NCBI GenBank assembly: GCA_963663805.2
Contig: CAXXMR010000010.1
Location: 22,754-86,753, forward strand
DNA: 64,000 nucleotides
DNA from: Sedimentisphaerales bacterium
GTDB taxonomy: Bacteria > Planctomycetota > Phycisphaerae > Sedimentisphaerales > SM23-30
Reading direction: 5' to 3'
Shown: positions 20,398-31,876 of the stretch, one piece after another
How the letters are laid out: each line of letters starts with the position of its first letter
Position numbering within the stretch: position 1 is the stretch's first letter
Translations under genes and position numbers: made by a program
The notes under the pieces: generated by a model
Seen by the model: only the letters and a program-made list of their open reading frames with translations
What the model was told of the DNA's origin: nothing
Databases searched by the model: none

Positions 20398-22063
20398 TCA
20401 GGGATTCTGGCAGGCAGTGTCCTGAGGATTGCTGCAATCAAGCCAGGCCGCGGCTATTTCCGCAAAATCAATCAGGTTGACATAGCAGTCGTGGTTGAGG
20501 TCCTGGTCATAATAGCCCCAGGCCCCACACTCATTGTCGGCAATACTGACCGTTACGTTATCGGCTTCGAAGGCATCGTAGCTGAGATCGGCACTGGTTA
20601 CTGTCGCAACAATCTGGGTCTGGGTGCTGATATTCCAAGCTACTATCGTCGATCGCGGTGACGGTGACAGTCTGTGGTTGGTCGAAATCACTGGAAGTGA
20701 ATGTCAAGAGAACCGGACTTATCTGCACCTGGTCCGGGTTGGCAGCGTCACTGAGTTCGATAAAGACATTCTGGGTGGGAGCGCCAACCAAGGTAACTGT
20801 GTAGGTATCGGAAGTTGGTCCCTGTTCGTTGACCGCGACTCCGTCACCAATGTTCATAATGATACCGGCAGAGTCATTGTCAATGATTGTTACATAAACC
20901 GGAGCGATAAATCCGCCGTTAAGATTTGTGTCGGCACTGGCGACACTGAAGGAAATCTTATTGACTTCTTCGGGTTCTGCCAGAGTGTCATCATCAGCCG
21001 TAACTGTTACCGTTTGCGGCTGGTCCCAGTTTGTGCTATTGAACGTCAGATCTATACTCAGACCCGGGCCAGCTGCACCGGCAAGAACGATGTCATTCGG
21101 TTCGGGGTTGAACCGTTACGGTTACTGCAGAAGTCGGAGCCGTTGCCAGCACAACATCGAAAGTATCAGAAGTAGCGTTCTTTTCGCGAACCAGAGTCGA
21201 GCCGTCAGTTTCAATACTGTAGCCCGCGGTTGCCTTGTATTCCGTGGTGAGGCTATATTTCTGTTCGAGATAATAGCCAACTTCGTTGAGCTCGGCTTCG
21301 GAAAGTACTTTGTTGAATATCAGAACTTCAGACACATACCCATCCAACGGGCTATGGAAGTTGCCGACAAGCTGGCGACTCATGATGCCCACTGAAATAC
21401 GATCAAACGAAGCGCTGCGGGCCGGAGCGGGGATGTCACCAAATACGCCATTCACGTTAGGGACGTGTACGCCGAGATCAGGGTAAATACCGTTGTCAAA
21501 GGTGCCGGCAGGCAATAAAGGCCTGGCCTCCATAACTGTGATCGATAGTCGAGTTTGTATTACTTCCGTCACCAGATTTGCCGGTGCGGCTTGAAGTTTG
21601 CAGAGTTGTTGGGCCATAACTGTACAGGGTACTCTGGTGATAACCGTTATCGCTGCGGTTGAAGGATACTATGGCACCGGTAGTGCCTACCGGAACATCA
21701 ATGGAGTTTACGACCGCGATCATGGTCAAGGGGCCATCAAGAGCGATTACTCCGGTGTCATGTATCAGCCATTGTTTAGCGCTAATGTTGAATTCGACCG
21801 CTGGGCATACCGTTGATAGCACTTGAAGCGTAAGTTGGCACATTGGTTGAATCGCCCAGGTATCCACCGGTGAAGTTTATAGCATTGTCAGAAGAGTCTG
21901 GCCATATAGTAACCGGGTCTCCGTTTGACATGCCTGTTAAAGCGTCGGCCTTGAGCCAGCACACCAGGTCATCTGACATGGGGTTTGGCTGTCCGCCTGA
22001 CATAATCTGTCCCAAGCTAATATTGCATGTGATTAGCAGTAATAATACAACTTTGAGTTTCAT
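20398..22063 (-). CDS. Secreted LamG-like + Calx-beta-like + dockerin-like protein, frameshifted in this assembly
   Basis: Pieces in several frames: MKLKVVLLLL signal, WLKADAL, SFNRSDNGYHQS, DGYVSEVLIFNKVLS, FNSTNWDQPQTVTVTA, DLNHDCYVNLIDFA. Confidence 0.72.
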
Positions 22064-22120
22064 CTTTTTACTCCTTATAAGATTTTGGAACATTCAACAT
22101 CGTGAACTACACGAAAACTT

Positions 22121-23024
22121 TTATTTGACCATTTTTCTCCGGCGCAGTACCAGGCTTCCCAGTGCTAGCATTGTCAGTGAAATCGGCTCCGGTACGAAAG
22201 TCATACCATATTTATCGCCCAGATAAGTACCTACGGCATAGAGTTCGCTTGTACTCAGCACTCGGTTATAAACCAGTACTTCAGAAATTTCACCGTCCAG
22301 AAAACTGTGAAAGTTGCTTTCGGCCTGGCGAGTCATGGCCCCAATACTGATACGATCGTAACTTGCACTTCGGGCGGCTGCGGGCGCATCAGTGATGGGC
22401 ACCGTTTACGCCGGCTGCGTGTACACCGAAATCAGGACTAACGCCGTTGTCAAACTGTCCCGTTGCGATAACGGCGGTTGTAGTATAGGAGACGGATGAA
22501 TTGGTATTGCTGCCGTCGCCGGATTTGCTGGTGCGGCTTGAAGTTTGAATGATATTATTCGGGCCACTGTAAAGCGAGCTTTGATGATAGCCATTGTCGC
22601 TGCGGTTGAAAGATACTAATGTTCCTATTGCCGAATTGTCGATATTTTCTGCCACAATAATCATTGTCAAAGGACCGTCAGCCTGAATCACTGAGTTTTG
22701 TATAGCTATCCACTGCTTAGCGGCACTGTCGAAATTTACTGCCGGCAGACCGTTCAGTCCGCTGCTGATGTAAGTTGGGCTATGGGCCGTGGTGTCCGCC
22801 GCGACAAGACCGCCGGTGAAAGTCAGTTCGTTAGCCGAGGAATCCGCCCAACTGGTTACCGAATCACCATTATCTAAACCGGCTATTTCATCGGCCTTGA
22901 GCCAGAACATCAGATTCTCGTTGGCCGCGTCAGGTTCCGCTCCGGTCATTACCGCCCAGATGGGGTTAGCCATCAGCAACCACGAAAAAACCACACTGAT
23001 TTTGCACAACATTCTCTTGTCCAT
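22121..23024 (-). CDS. Secreted LamG-like protein with PEP-CTERM sorting signal (one +1 frameshift near 22397)
   Basis: Signal peptide, FWLKAD, DGEISEVLVYNRVLS, C-terminal VPEPISLTMLALGSLVLRRRK. Confidence 0.85.
22253..22915 (-). repeat. Copy A of a ~662-bp near-identical inverted duplication (LamG-like domain)
   Basis: Reverse complement of 28457-29118. I see one substitution (FTGG/FIGG) and one extra base. Confidence 0.93.
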
Positions 23025-23084
23025 TACATTTTCCTTTCCTTTTCTCAACAAATCTGAATTTCCTCAGCTTCTCACAAGCTGACA

Positions 23085-23855
23085 CTATTCGTAGCGATAA
23101 ACCTTTTCGCCCGGTGAAAACTCATCCAGGACCTTATCGAATATGGCATAGTCATTGGATGCGAACGCGATATAATTATCGTTGATCAAGTCTTCAATCT
23201 CGTAATCACTTACAAATTCGACATGACCGTCGCCATAAAGAGTGTTCCATCCCGGTCCGTCGTGGGCAAAAACGTTTTTGGTTGTGTCTTTTTCCAGCAG
23301 GTCCGTGCATAGCAGGATGCCAGCCCCAAACTCTTCTATTTTATTATGCCTTCGAACACGATTGTTAGTAGCTTTGCAGACCGGATTGTAATAATAGGAC
23401 ATTCTTACTCGGCCATATTCGTCGGGGGTTGGAAATTGTGGTTTGGCATAATCCTCGTACTTGAAAGGTGCCGCCTTTGATGGGCAATAAAAAATATGTC
23501 CATCTTCGAGATATTTATCACGATACAGAAAACCGGTGTTCCACCAGGGCGCCCATTTATCAACGCCGATGTCAAATCTCTGGATCATGCGTGCCCACAT
23601 ATTGGTGCGTTGCGTGCCTGTGCCGTTCACGCCGAAATCAGTAGAATTATTCATCGGAGGCACTTTCGATTGATTATCCTCGGCATAAAGCATAGTGCCC
23701 ATCCCGATGCTGTGAAGATTGGTCGCGCATACTGCCTGCCATGCTTGTTTCCGGGCTTTGCCGATTGCTGGCAGGAGGATTGAAACCAGCAAAGCGATAA
23801 TCGCTATTACAACCAAAAGTTCCACCAGGGTAAATGCCTTTTTGTCTTTATCCAT
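23085..23855 (-). CDS. Prepilin-type N-terminal cleavage/methylation, DUF1559/H-X9-DG protein
   Basis: [44 protein letters not shown]. Confidence 0.9.
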   Translation of the reverse strand: MDKDKKAFTLVELLVVIAIIALLVSILLPAIGKARKQAWQAVCATNLHSIGMGTMLYAEDNQSKVPPMNNSTDFGVNGTGTQRTNMWARMIQRFDIGVDKWAPWWNTGFLYRDKYLEDGHIFYCPSKAAPFKYEDYAKPQFPTPDEYGRVRMSYYYNPVCKATNNRVRRHNKIEEFGAGILLCTDLLEKDTTKNVFAHDGPGWNTLYGDGHVEFVSDYEIEDLINDNYIAFASNDYAIFDKVLDEFSPGEKVYRYE

Positions 23856-23865
23856 GTTTTACCTG

Positions 23866-25032
23866 CTAAAAAGAAATAAGGGTTTCGTTTGCGTCGAACT
23901 CAATAGGTACATAAATTGTTTCGTTGCTGTCTATGGGACGTTTCTGCTCAATAATCTCATCCAGTACCTGAGCGGCAAGTTGGCCGATACTGTTAGGGTC
24001 ACCCCATATTGAGGCGAATGAATTGGAAATCACACAATCATGGTAAATTTTACCGTAACGCAGAATAGATAAATCATCCGGTACGCGTAAGCCGAGTTTC
24101 TGGGCGATAAGATAAATGAGGATTTCGGCGCTGCTGTCGAAACAATATATCGCGGTAGGGCGGTCTGTTTTTTTCAGCATCTTTTCGATAGCCGCTGTTT
24201 TTTCTTCCAGCAATTGTTTTTCATGGCCGTAAGTATCGGTTGCCTGACTGTAATAAACATTCTCTTTATTCAGTTCCAAGCCACGTTTTTGCAGGCTTTT
24301 GCGAAGTCCTTTCTCCATATTTAGTGAAGATGTATATGGATAGGCGGCAATATAAGCGATGTTTCGGTGCCCCCTCTGGGCCAATGCTTCGCCTGCCACT
24401 ACGCCGACCTGTTCGGAATCAAAGGTTACCAGCGGAGCCGAACATCCTTTCACGGTACGATGGCAGAAAACCACGGGGATATTGTTTTTTTGCAACACAC
24501 GAATATGCGATCCGGGAGTTTCTCTTTCAACCGGGGCGATGAAAATAACCCCTTCGAAGCCTCTGTCGAGAATCTCGATAATCAGATTGCCCTGCTTGTC
24601 GATATCTGCTTCAGTATTGAATACCAGCAGATGCTGACTGTTGTTGTTTTTTCGCAGTTCGGTACTGATACCATCTACAATTGCCGCGTCGCGAGGTCGC
24701 CAGATACTGGGAATTACCAGGGCAATATCCTGAGCTGTCGAATCCAGTGTCATATTATTTTCATTCCTGATAACATTTTTGGGCAAAGTTGTATCCGCTA
24801 CAAATGAACCGCGTTGGGTTGTTTTTATTAGCTTGTTTTGCCGCAGAACCTCCAAGGCTTCTTTGACCGTGTGGTTTCCCACATTAAGGACCTTGGTCAT
24901 TTCCCGGACAGAAGGCAGCTTTTCCCCGCGGGGCAGTTCACGGGATTGAATTTTTTCGCCCAGATAGTTGGCTATCTGAGAGCCAACAGAATCAGAACCA
25001 TTGCGATCGATGACTAATCTATCCAGCATCAT
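23866..25032 (-). CDS. GntR-HTH / LacI-type sugar-binding domain transcriptional regulator (AraR-like architecture)
   Basis: GEKLPSVREM...TVKEAL...GSFV, followed by a periplasmic-binding-protein-like domain with PTAIYC and LRVPDDLSI. Confidence 0.9.
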   Translation of the reverse strand: MMLDRLVIDRNGSDSVGSQIANYLGEKIQSRELPRGEKLPSVREMTKVLNVGNHTVKEALEVLRQNKLIKTTQRGSFVADTTLPKNVIRNENNMTLDSTAQDIALVIPSIWRPRDAAIVDGISTELRKNNNSQHLLVFNTEADIDKQGNLIIEILDRGFEGVIFIAPVERETPGSHIRVLQKNNIPVVFCHRTVKGCSAPLVTFDSEQVGVVAGEALAQRGHRNIAYIAAYPYTSSLNMEKGLRKSLQKRGLELNKENVYYSQATDTYGHEKQLLEEKTAAIEKMLKKTDRPTAIYCFDSSAEILIYLIAQKLGLRVPDDLSILRYGKIYHDCVISNSFASIWGDPNSIGQLAAQVLDEIIEQKRPIDSNETIYVPIEFDANETLISF

Positions 25033-25061
25033 TTCACCTTTGCATTAACAATAATAAGTCG

Positions 25062-25106
25062 AGCACCATTGAGCATCATCATAGCAACATGCAGCAACAC
25101 GGTCAA
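25062..25106 (-). promoter_or_regulatory. Sigma70-type promoter of the regulator operon overlapped by four TG(T/A/G)TGCT repeats
   Basis: Minus strand TTGACC-N17-TATGAT (25106-25078). AGCANCA at 25062, 25072, 25083, 25093. Confidence 0.65.
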
Positions 25107-25320
25107 GATATTTTTTTTATGGCAGGGAATAGCCAACGACTTTATTTGCATATAAATACTTTTTTTAAAAGAATTTATATTAAAATAAGATTTTTTATGG
25201 AAAATCGATAAAAATTATTTAGTAGAGGTAAGACAATCGCAAGGGCAAACGGCGATGTTTGCTGTAATGTGTTATTAGTAAAGGTTTTGTGTGTTTAATG
25301 GGTTAAAAACAGAGGTTTTG

Positions 25321-25380
25321 TGTTGCTTATTGGCAAAAATAAACCTTGAAACCGTTGCTTTGTGATGCTATATTGATGCT
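25321..25380 (+). promoter_or_regulatory. Sigma70-type promoter of the GH115 operon overlapped by the same repeats
   Basis: TTGAAA-N17-TATATT (25346-25374). TGTTGCT/CGTTGCT/TGATGCT at 25321, 25353, 25363, 25374. Confidence 0.65.
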
Positions 25381-25451
25381 GTGGATTTTTAAGGCGGCAA
25401 AATACCCCGCCTAATTAGTTAATCAACTGTGAAATTAAAAGACGCAGGAAT

Positions 25452-28343
25452 ATGAAATTGAACGGCAAGCCGAACATCTCTAAGCATAACATTAATGGTG
25501 GTAGCAGACTTGAAAATGTTAATCATTCTCGTATTTGTGTCGCTAAAGAGACTTTTGCGGTTTCTGGCGGTGATTTTCTGGTTCAGTTGGGTTTGTCCAT
25601 CCAATCTGAAAAACCCTTACATACTGCCATGACTCATTTTTTGAGGGATATTGAACAAATCACTGGAGGGCGGGCCCAGGTCATTCATAGTGCCGACCAG
25701 GTTACTCAGAGTGTTGTCTGGGCAGGTGTGATTGGTTGCTGTCCGGTGCTTGATGATTTGATTTCTCGAAAGAAAGTTGATGTTACTGGCCTGGCAGGGC
25801 AGTGGGAAAGTTTCGTTATTCAAAAAATAGAAAACCCGTGGGAGCAAATTGATTCAGCTTTACTAATAATAGGCAGTGATGTTCGTGGAGCGGTTTACGG
25901 CCTGTTTGAATTGTCTGAAAAAATGGGGGTCTCTCCGTGGTATTTTTGGGCGGATGTGCCGCCGGTTCGTCGAAAAAAAATAACTATTAGTGATTGCAAT
26001 ATGCGTCAGGGTCCCCCCTCGGTTAAATATAGGGGGATTTTCATTAATGATGTAATCCTGGGGGACTAACTCCCTGGGCGTCTTACACTTTCGCTCCGGA
26101 AGATTCTCGGCAAGGCAGCGGACTGGGCCCAAAAACTTATGCGAGAATATACGAGCTTATGCTGCGCCCTCAAGGGGAATTTTGTTTGTCCGGGTATGCA
26201 TGTAGCGACTCGCCCGTTTAACTTTTATGAGGAAAACAAGCAAGTCGCCTCTGATTACGGCATTATTATTGGCACTTCTCATTGTGAGCCCATGCTACGT
26301 TAATAATGAAGGGGAATGGCGAAAGCAGAACAACAGGGCCTTTGGCAGTATCATGTCAATCGTGATGAAATCTATGATTATTGTGGAGCGACGAATCAAA
26401 ACTAATCATCCCTTTGAAAATATTTATACGAATGGGTATGCGTGGCGTTCATGACAGTCCTATGGAGGCCTATGACGATCCCCGCCGAGAATAGAGCTTT
26501 GCTGGAAAAGTTATGGTGACCAGCAGGAAATTCTCCGGCACCAGGTAATTCAGATTGGATAAGGTTCCTCAGGCCCTATATTTGTATAAAGAAATGCTGA
26601 ATGTATATCAAGACGGCTTGAAGGTTCCGATGATGTAATGCATGTCTGGCCGGATGATAATTACGGTTATATTCGCGAACTGCCCGGGCCAACTGAACAA
26701 AACGCCGGGCCGGAAATGGTGTTTATTATCACATCTTCATATTATGGCCTACCGCAGGGATATTTATGGCTGTGTTCAACGCCTTTGAGTCTGATTGCTG
26801 CCGAGATGACTCAAGGCCCTGAATGTCAGGCTGATAAGCTGTGGGTAGTCAATGTTGGTAATTTTAAAAATCACGAACTGGCTTTGGAATTTTTTATTAA
26901 ACTAGGCTGGGATGCCGAAAAATGGAACACTGAAACTGTCGCTGATTTTTATGAGTATGGGCTCGTCGCGACTTCGGTGAATAAATTCGCCGCACAGATA
27001 GCTAAGATCAAGAAAGAGTATTTCGCCTGAACTTCATTTGCAAGCTGAGCATATGGAGAGTAGGAGTCTTCAGTAATATAGACGATGAAGTCGATCGCCG
27101 TATGGAAGTTTATGCCGATCTTGTTCGCGAGGCAGAATCTGTGTATGAGGACATGAGCGAATCTTGTCAGGCTGCATTTTATCAACTAGTCCTTTATCCT
27201 TTGCGTTGTTCTTTATATATGAATGAGAAATTTTTGTACGCTCAGAAAAATCATCTTTACGCTCATCAGAAACGGCAGAATACCGAATTTTACGCTCAAA
27301 AAGCCATTGAATCCTGGAATAAAATTAAAGCGGAGACGGAATATTACAACAATCAGCTTTCAGGTGGTAAATGGCACCGGATCGTGACGCATACCCCGCA
27401 TGGCACAACAGACTGGACCCGCAGTTATGATCTGCCCACCTTGAAGACTTGTCCTCCGCCGGAAAGTTCCGCGGCTGGTATTGTGATAAATAATGTAATG
27501 GTGTCTGAGGATGAAGAGAATCGGCATTTAGTCCTGGATTTTTCAAAATTTACCCAGCGAAGCCATGCCATTGAGATATTTAACCGCAGCAATGAGCCGA
27601 TAGACTATGAATTAACCATTGCTGATAACTGGATAAAGGCCGACAAAACACAAGGCCGGGTTATTTGTCAAAATCGTATAAGCCTGGAAATTGACTGGCC
27701 CAATGCCCCTCAAGGCAACGCGGTTATTTCATCTGTCAAGATTAACGCCGCCGATATTGACGCCGAAGTGCGAATTCAAGTACTCAATCCCGCAAATCCT
27801 ACTCTGAATGAAGTGGCGGGTTGTTTTATGGAAGATAATGGTTATGTTTCCATCAACGCCGCGAGTTTTGAACAGTCTGAATATCCAGTCGCTAATCTAA
27901 AAGTTGTCGAAGGATTAGGCCGTACCGGTCGCGCGGTCTGGTATGTGCCGCAGGAAATACCTCCGGAGCAGAATAACACTGCGGCACCGGTTTTGAATTA
28001 TGACATATTTGTTTTCCATACCGGTCCTGTGCGTATTCTGGTCGATGCCCTGCCTACCCATCGTTTAGCCAAGGGGCGGCAAATGCGTTATTCTGTAAGT
28101 CTGGATGGCCAGAAGCCTGCTGTTGTCAATATCGACACAGAGGAATACTCTGAGCAATGGTCGCAGGATGTTTTGCGAGGCGTTTCACGCCGCGAGACTG
28201 AGCATTTTATCTCAAATCCAGGCCGGCATAAATTAAGCGTGCGTTTTCTGGACGCGGGACTGGCTATTGATAAAATAATGATTGATATGGGTGGATTGAA
28301 AGAGTCTTATCTGGGGCCGGATGAAACACGGGTAAAGTTGTGA
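25452..28343 (+). CDS. Glycoside hydrolase family 115 (alpha-glucuronidase-like), multiply frameshifted at 26.05-27.1 kb
   Basis: GSDVRGAVYG, GVSPWYFWADVP, PPSVKYRGIFIND, WPDDNYGYIR, YLWL, FYQLVLYP, C-terminal SYLGPDET. Confidence 0.85.
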
Positions 28344-28353
28344 GGAATAGCGT

Positions 28354-31300
28354 TTGAGAGCTCGAAATTATTTAACAATATGTATTTTTCTGATTAGCGG
28401 TACGTTCTGTCAGGCCAATATATTGACCGGGCAGTTACCCAATTCCGCCCATCCTGATCTGATGTTCTGGCTCAAGGCCGATGAAATAGCCGGTTTAGAT
28501 AATGGTGATTCGGTAACCAGTTGGGCGGATTCCTCGGCTAACGAACTGACTTTCATCGGCGGTCTTGTCGCGGCGGACACCACGGCCCATAGCCCAACTT
28601 ACATCAGCAGCGGACTGAACGGTCTGCCGGCAGTAAATTTCGACAGTGCCGCTAAGCAGTGGATAGCTATACAAAACTCAGTGATTCAGGCTGACGGTCC
28701 TTTGACAATGATTATTGTGGCAGAAAATATCGACAATTCGGCAATAGGAACATTAGTATCTTTCAACCGCAGCGACAATGGCTATCATCAAAGCTCGCTT
28801 TACAGTGGCCCGAATAATATCATTCAAACTTCAAGCCGCACCAGCAAATCCGGCGACGGCAGCAATACCAATTCATCCGTCTCCTATACTACAACCGCCG
28901 TTATCGCAACGGGACAGTTTGACAACGGCGTTAGTCCTGATTTCGGTGTACACGCAGCCGGCGTAAACGGTGCCATCACTGATGCGCCCGCAGCCGCCCG
29001 AAGTGCAAGTTACGATCGTATCAGTATTGGGGCCATGACTCGCCAGGCCGAAAGCAACTTTCACAGTTTTCTGGACGGTGAAATTTCTGAAGTACTGGTT
29101 TATAACCGAGTGCTGAGTCCCGTCGAGCTTAATGCTCTAGGTTATTATCTGAGTCAGAAATATAATATTCCTGCTACCTACAATAACGAAGTAATGTACG
29201 ACGGTGCCCCGAATCCGATTTATACCGGTTTGGAAGTCTGGCTCAGCGCCGATTCTCTCACCGGGTTGTATAACGGCCAACCGCTGGATATTTGGCCAGA
29301 CCTGTCCTTTAACGAACATGCATTTCACGGTGGTTGCTGGGGTCCGCAAGGCGATACTCATAAACCTGTTTATCGTACATATCAGCTTAACCGGTTGCCT
29401 GTTGTGCGTTTCAGTGGTGATCAGTGGATGATGGCAGTTGAGGATACTCAGTCACTTGTCGGGCCTCTGACGATGTTTGTTGTTGCTAAAGGAATCACTA
29501 ATGCCGTTACCGAAATGGATAGTATCGGTACTCTGGTTGAAATGACCACCGACGATTACGGCTATGCCCGCACAAGTATTAAGGCCGGTGATAACGAACT
29601 CCAGACTCACAGCCGGATGGGTAAATATACTCATGATATTGTCGAAATGGAATATGATGACTGGGTCGTTCTGGCGGTGGCAACCTTTGCCCACGATACC
29701 TCTGCTACGCCAGCTTACGGGCCCCATCAGCCCTATGCTAACGGAATGCCTGTTGGTGTGCCGGGCCTGTGCAATAACTCCGAGTATAATGTTATTGCTC
29801 TTGGTGCACATGCCAAACAGCATCTTCGTTATACCGAGGGCACGTATGACGGCTATGGCGAATGGCTCAAAGGTGATATTGCTGAGGTACTGATTTACCG
29901 TGAATATCTCGATGAACAACAGATTCTCGCAGTAGGGGACTATTTAACCCGCAAATATGACCTGGCTACCACCTATGTAAACCCCGCAGGCGAACTGACT
30001 GAAACTGACGGTAATACAGTATCCTTTGAACAGGGCGAAACCGCTGACGTTTTTTCGTTAAGTCTGAATCAACCGCCCGCTTCCGGATGTACTGTCACAG
30101 TAGATGTGATACCCCATCATCGCGTAACTGATATGATGATAAATTCATTGCTTCCTGGTCAGGCTGATGTGCTAACCTTTGACGCTACCAACTGGAATGT
30201 GCCGCAGGCAGTTACTGTTCAGGCCTGCGACGATGATATTATAGAAAGCGAACTATACGATTTCGAGACTACCGGTGTTATCAAATTCCATGTTCAGAGT
30301 ACCGATTCCGCTTTCACGGACAAAGGTTTCAGAGCGGTTCAGGTTTTTCTGGTGGACAATGACGTGCGTCACTGGTCCATGCTGCCTTACGATTTAAACG
30401 AAGATACTTATATCACGCTTAGCGACATGGCTTTGCTGGCCGATAACTGGCTGACAAATTACTACACCAACGATCTATTGAATTTCGCGAATGAATGGCT
30501 TTGTTCAACCAATCCGCTGGATGAAAACAGCATTCTGCCGCTCAAGCACATTTCCCAGGTGGGTTCCGGCCGTGCCACCGCCTACAACAATCAGAATAAG
30601 ATTGTCACTATAGGCGATAAAACGCATATTTCCTGGCAGGATTCCCATGACAACTCATTCTGGACCAAAATTACCACCTACGACCGCACCACAGGCACCT
30701 TTTCGCCGACCTACACTATTGGTTCCGGTACGGATAATCATGGTGGCCCGATGCTCATAAAGGACAGCCAGAATTATCTGCATATTTTCTATTATCCTCA
30801 TCACGAGCAGGTTCACTATCGTCGTTCGCTCTATCCCAATGACGCTTCAGTCTGGACAGCCGACACCCTTATCGGTGATTCGACATACCATCGCCTGACT
30901 TATCCTGTTGCGGTTTGCACCCAAGACGATAATATCCTGCTTGCCTGCCGCCATCGTGACGATGACGAATACTGGACTCTTGTACTTTACGAAAAGCCTT
31001 ACGGCCAGTCCTGGCAAGGGCCGCGGATAATGGTCCACGGTAATGCTTCAGGCGGCTATACGAACTGGTCGCAGTCCTTATCGGTGGCACCGGACGGCCA
31101 AACAGTTCATCTTTCATTTGGATTTTACGAAACAGATTTTCCTGACCCGACATATTCCAATATCTCCTACGCTGTCGGATATCTGTATTCACCAGACCAG
31201 GGCCAAACCTGGAAACGTCAAAGCGGCCAGACGGTAACCTTGCCGGCGACATCTTACACCGTCGATCTTATCGCTGGTTCCTCCTGGCCCACTTCAACGT

Positions 31301-31815
31301 TAAGTGTCGGTCATTCCGCTAACACGGTAGCCCCGGAGGGCACTGCTTGGGTATTATACTGTACTGACAACCAATGGCCGTATGAGCCTCACCTAGTTCA
31401 GTTGAACAACGGACAACCCTGGCGGCGAATCAACCTTCTGCCGGTGATTCAGGCCAAATGGCCCAATATGTCAGCTCTGTGGGGCAACCTTGCTTTCGAC
31501 GCTGATGGTCGTTTATATGTCGCCTTGACACTTATGACCACCCCAACCGGCAGACCTTGGGGCCACGATCGTGCCGAAGTTGTTGTAATGGTTTCGGAAG
31601 ATCAGGGGAAAAACTGGCGTATATACCGCATCTCGCCCTGGAACATTGCCGTACCCAACTGGCACCCCAGCCTTGAGCGACCCACCCGCGGCGAAAGTAT
31701 GCCCATACCTTCAGTGATGTTTACCCATGGTGAAAGAGGAACCGAAAATACCCAGATTATGAGTAACGATGTTCTCTGGTGCGATTTCGAATCTCTGCTC
31801 AATTGCCGACAGTAA
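28354..31815 (+). CDS. Secreted multidomain protein: 2x LamG-like, Calx-beta-like, dockerin-like, C-terminal BNR-repeat beta-propeller
   Basis: Signal peptide, FWLKAD/VWLSAD domains, FDATNWNVPQAVTV, DLNEDTYITLSD, DNHGGP, Asp-boxes SPDQGQTW and SEDQGKNW. Confidence 0.8.
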   Translation: MRARNYLTICIFLISGTFCQANILTGQLPNSAHPDLMFWLKADEIAGLDNGDSVTSWADSSANELTFIGGLVAADTTAHSPTYISSGLNGLPAVNFDSAAKQWIAIQNSVIQADGPLTMIIVAENIDNSAIGTLVSFNRSDNGYHQSSLYSGPNNIIQTSSRTSKSGDGSNTNSSVSYTTTAVIATGQFDNGVSPDFGVHAAGVNGAITDAPAAARSASYDRISIGAMTRQAESNFHSFLDGEISEVLVYNRVLSPVELNALGYYLSQKYNIPATYNNEVMYDGAPNPIYTGLEVWLSADSLTGLYNGQPLDIWPDLSFNEHAFHGGCWGPQGDTHKPVYRTYQLNRLPVVRFSGDQWMMAVEDTQSLVGPLTMFVVAKGITNAVTEMDSIGTLVEMTTDDYGYARTSIKAGDNELQTHSRMGKYTHDIVEMEYDDWVVLAVATFAHDTSATPAYGPHQPYANGMPVGVPGLCNNSEYNVIALGAHAKQHLRYTEGTYDGYGEWLKGDIAEVLIYREYLDEQQILAVGDYLTRKYDLATTYVNPAGELTETDGNTVSFEQGETADVFSLSLNQPPASGCTVTVDVIPHHRVTDMMINSLLPGQADVLTFDATNWNVPQAVTVQACDDDIIESELYDFETTGVIKFHVQSTDSAFTDKGFRAVQVFLVDNDVRHWSMLPYDLNEDTYITLSDMALLADNWLTNYYTNDLLNFANEWLCSTNPLDENSILPLKHISQVGSGRATAYNNQNKIVTIGDKTHISWQDSHDNSFWTKITTYDRTTGTFSPTYTIGSGTDNHGGPMLIKDSQNYLHIFYYPHHEQVHYRRSLYPNDASVWTADTLIGDSTYHRLTYPVAVCTQDDNILLACRHRDDDEYWTLVLYEKPYGQSWQGPRIMVHGNASGGYTNWSQSLSVAPDGQTVHLSFGFYETDFPDPTYSNISYAVGYLYSPDQGQTWKRQSGQTVTLPATSYTVDLIAGSSWPTSTLSVGHSANTVAPEGTAWVLYCTDNQWPYEPHLVQLNNGQPWRRINLLPVIQAKWPNMSALWGNLAFDADGRLYVALTLMTTPTGRPWGHDRAEVVVMVSEDQGKNWRIYRISPWNIAVPNWHPSLERPTRGESMPIPSVMFTHGERGTENTQIMSNDVLWCDFESLLNCRQ
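28457..29118 (+). repeat. Copy B of the ~662-bp inverted duplication
   Basis: Matches the reverse complement of 22253-22915. Confidence 0.93.
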
Positions 31816-31876
31816 TTTTACCGCTGGATTATTTAACACCCTGCAATTATTATAAACATAGAAACTTAAAAGAGCC

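Noticed and set aside
26050..27100. GH115 and amt (59.7-60.4 kb) as true pseudogenes
   Set aside because: Clustered indels with conserved motifs retained. They cannot be told apart from read errors.
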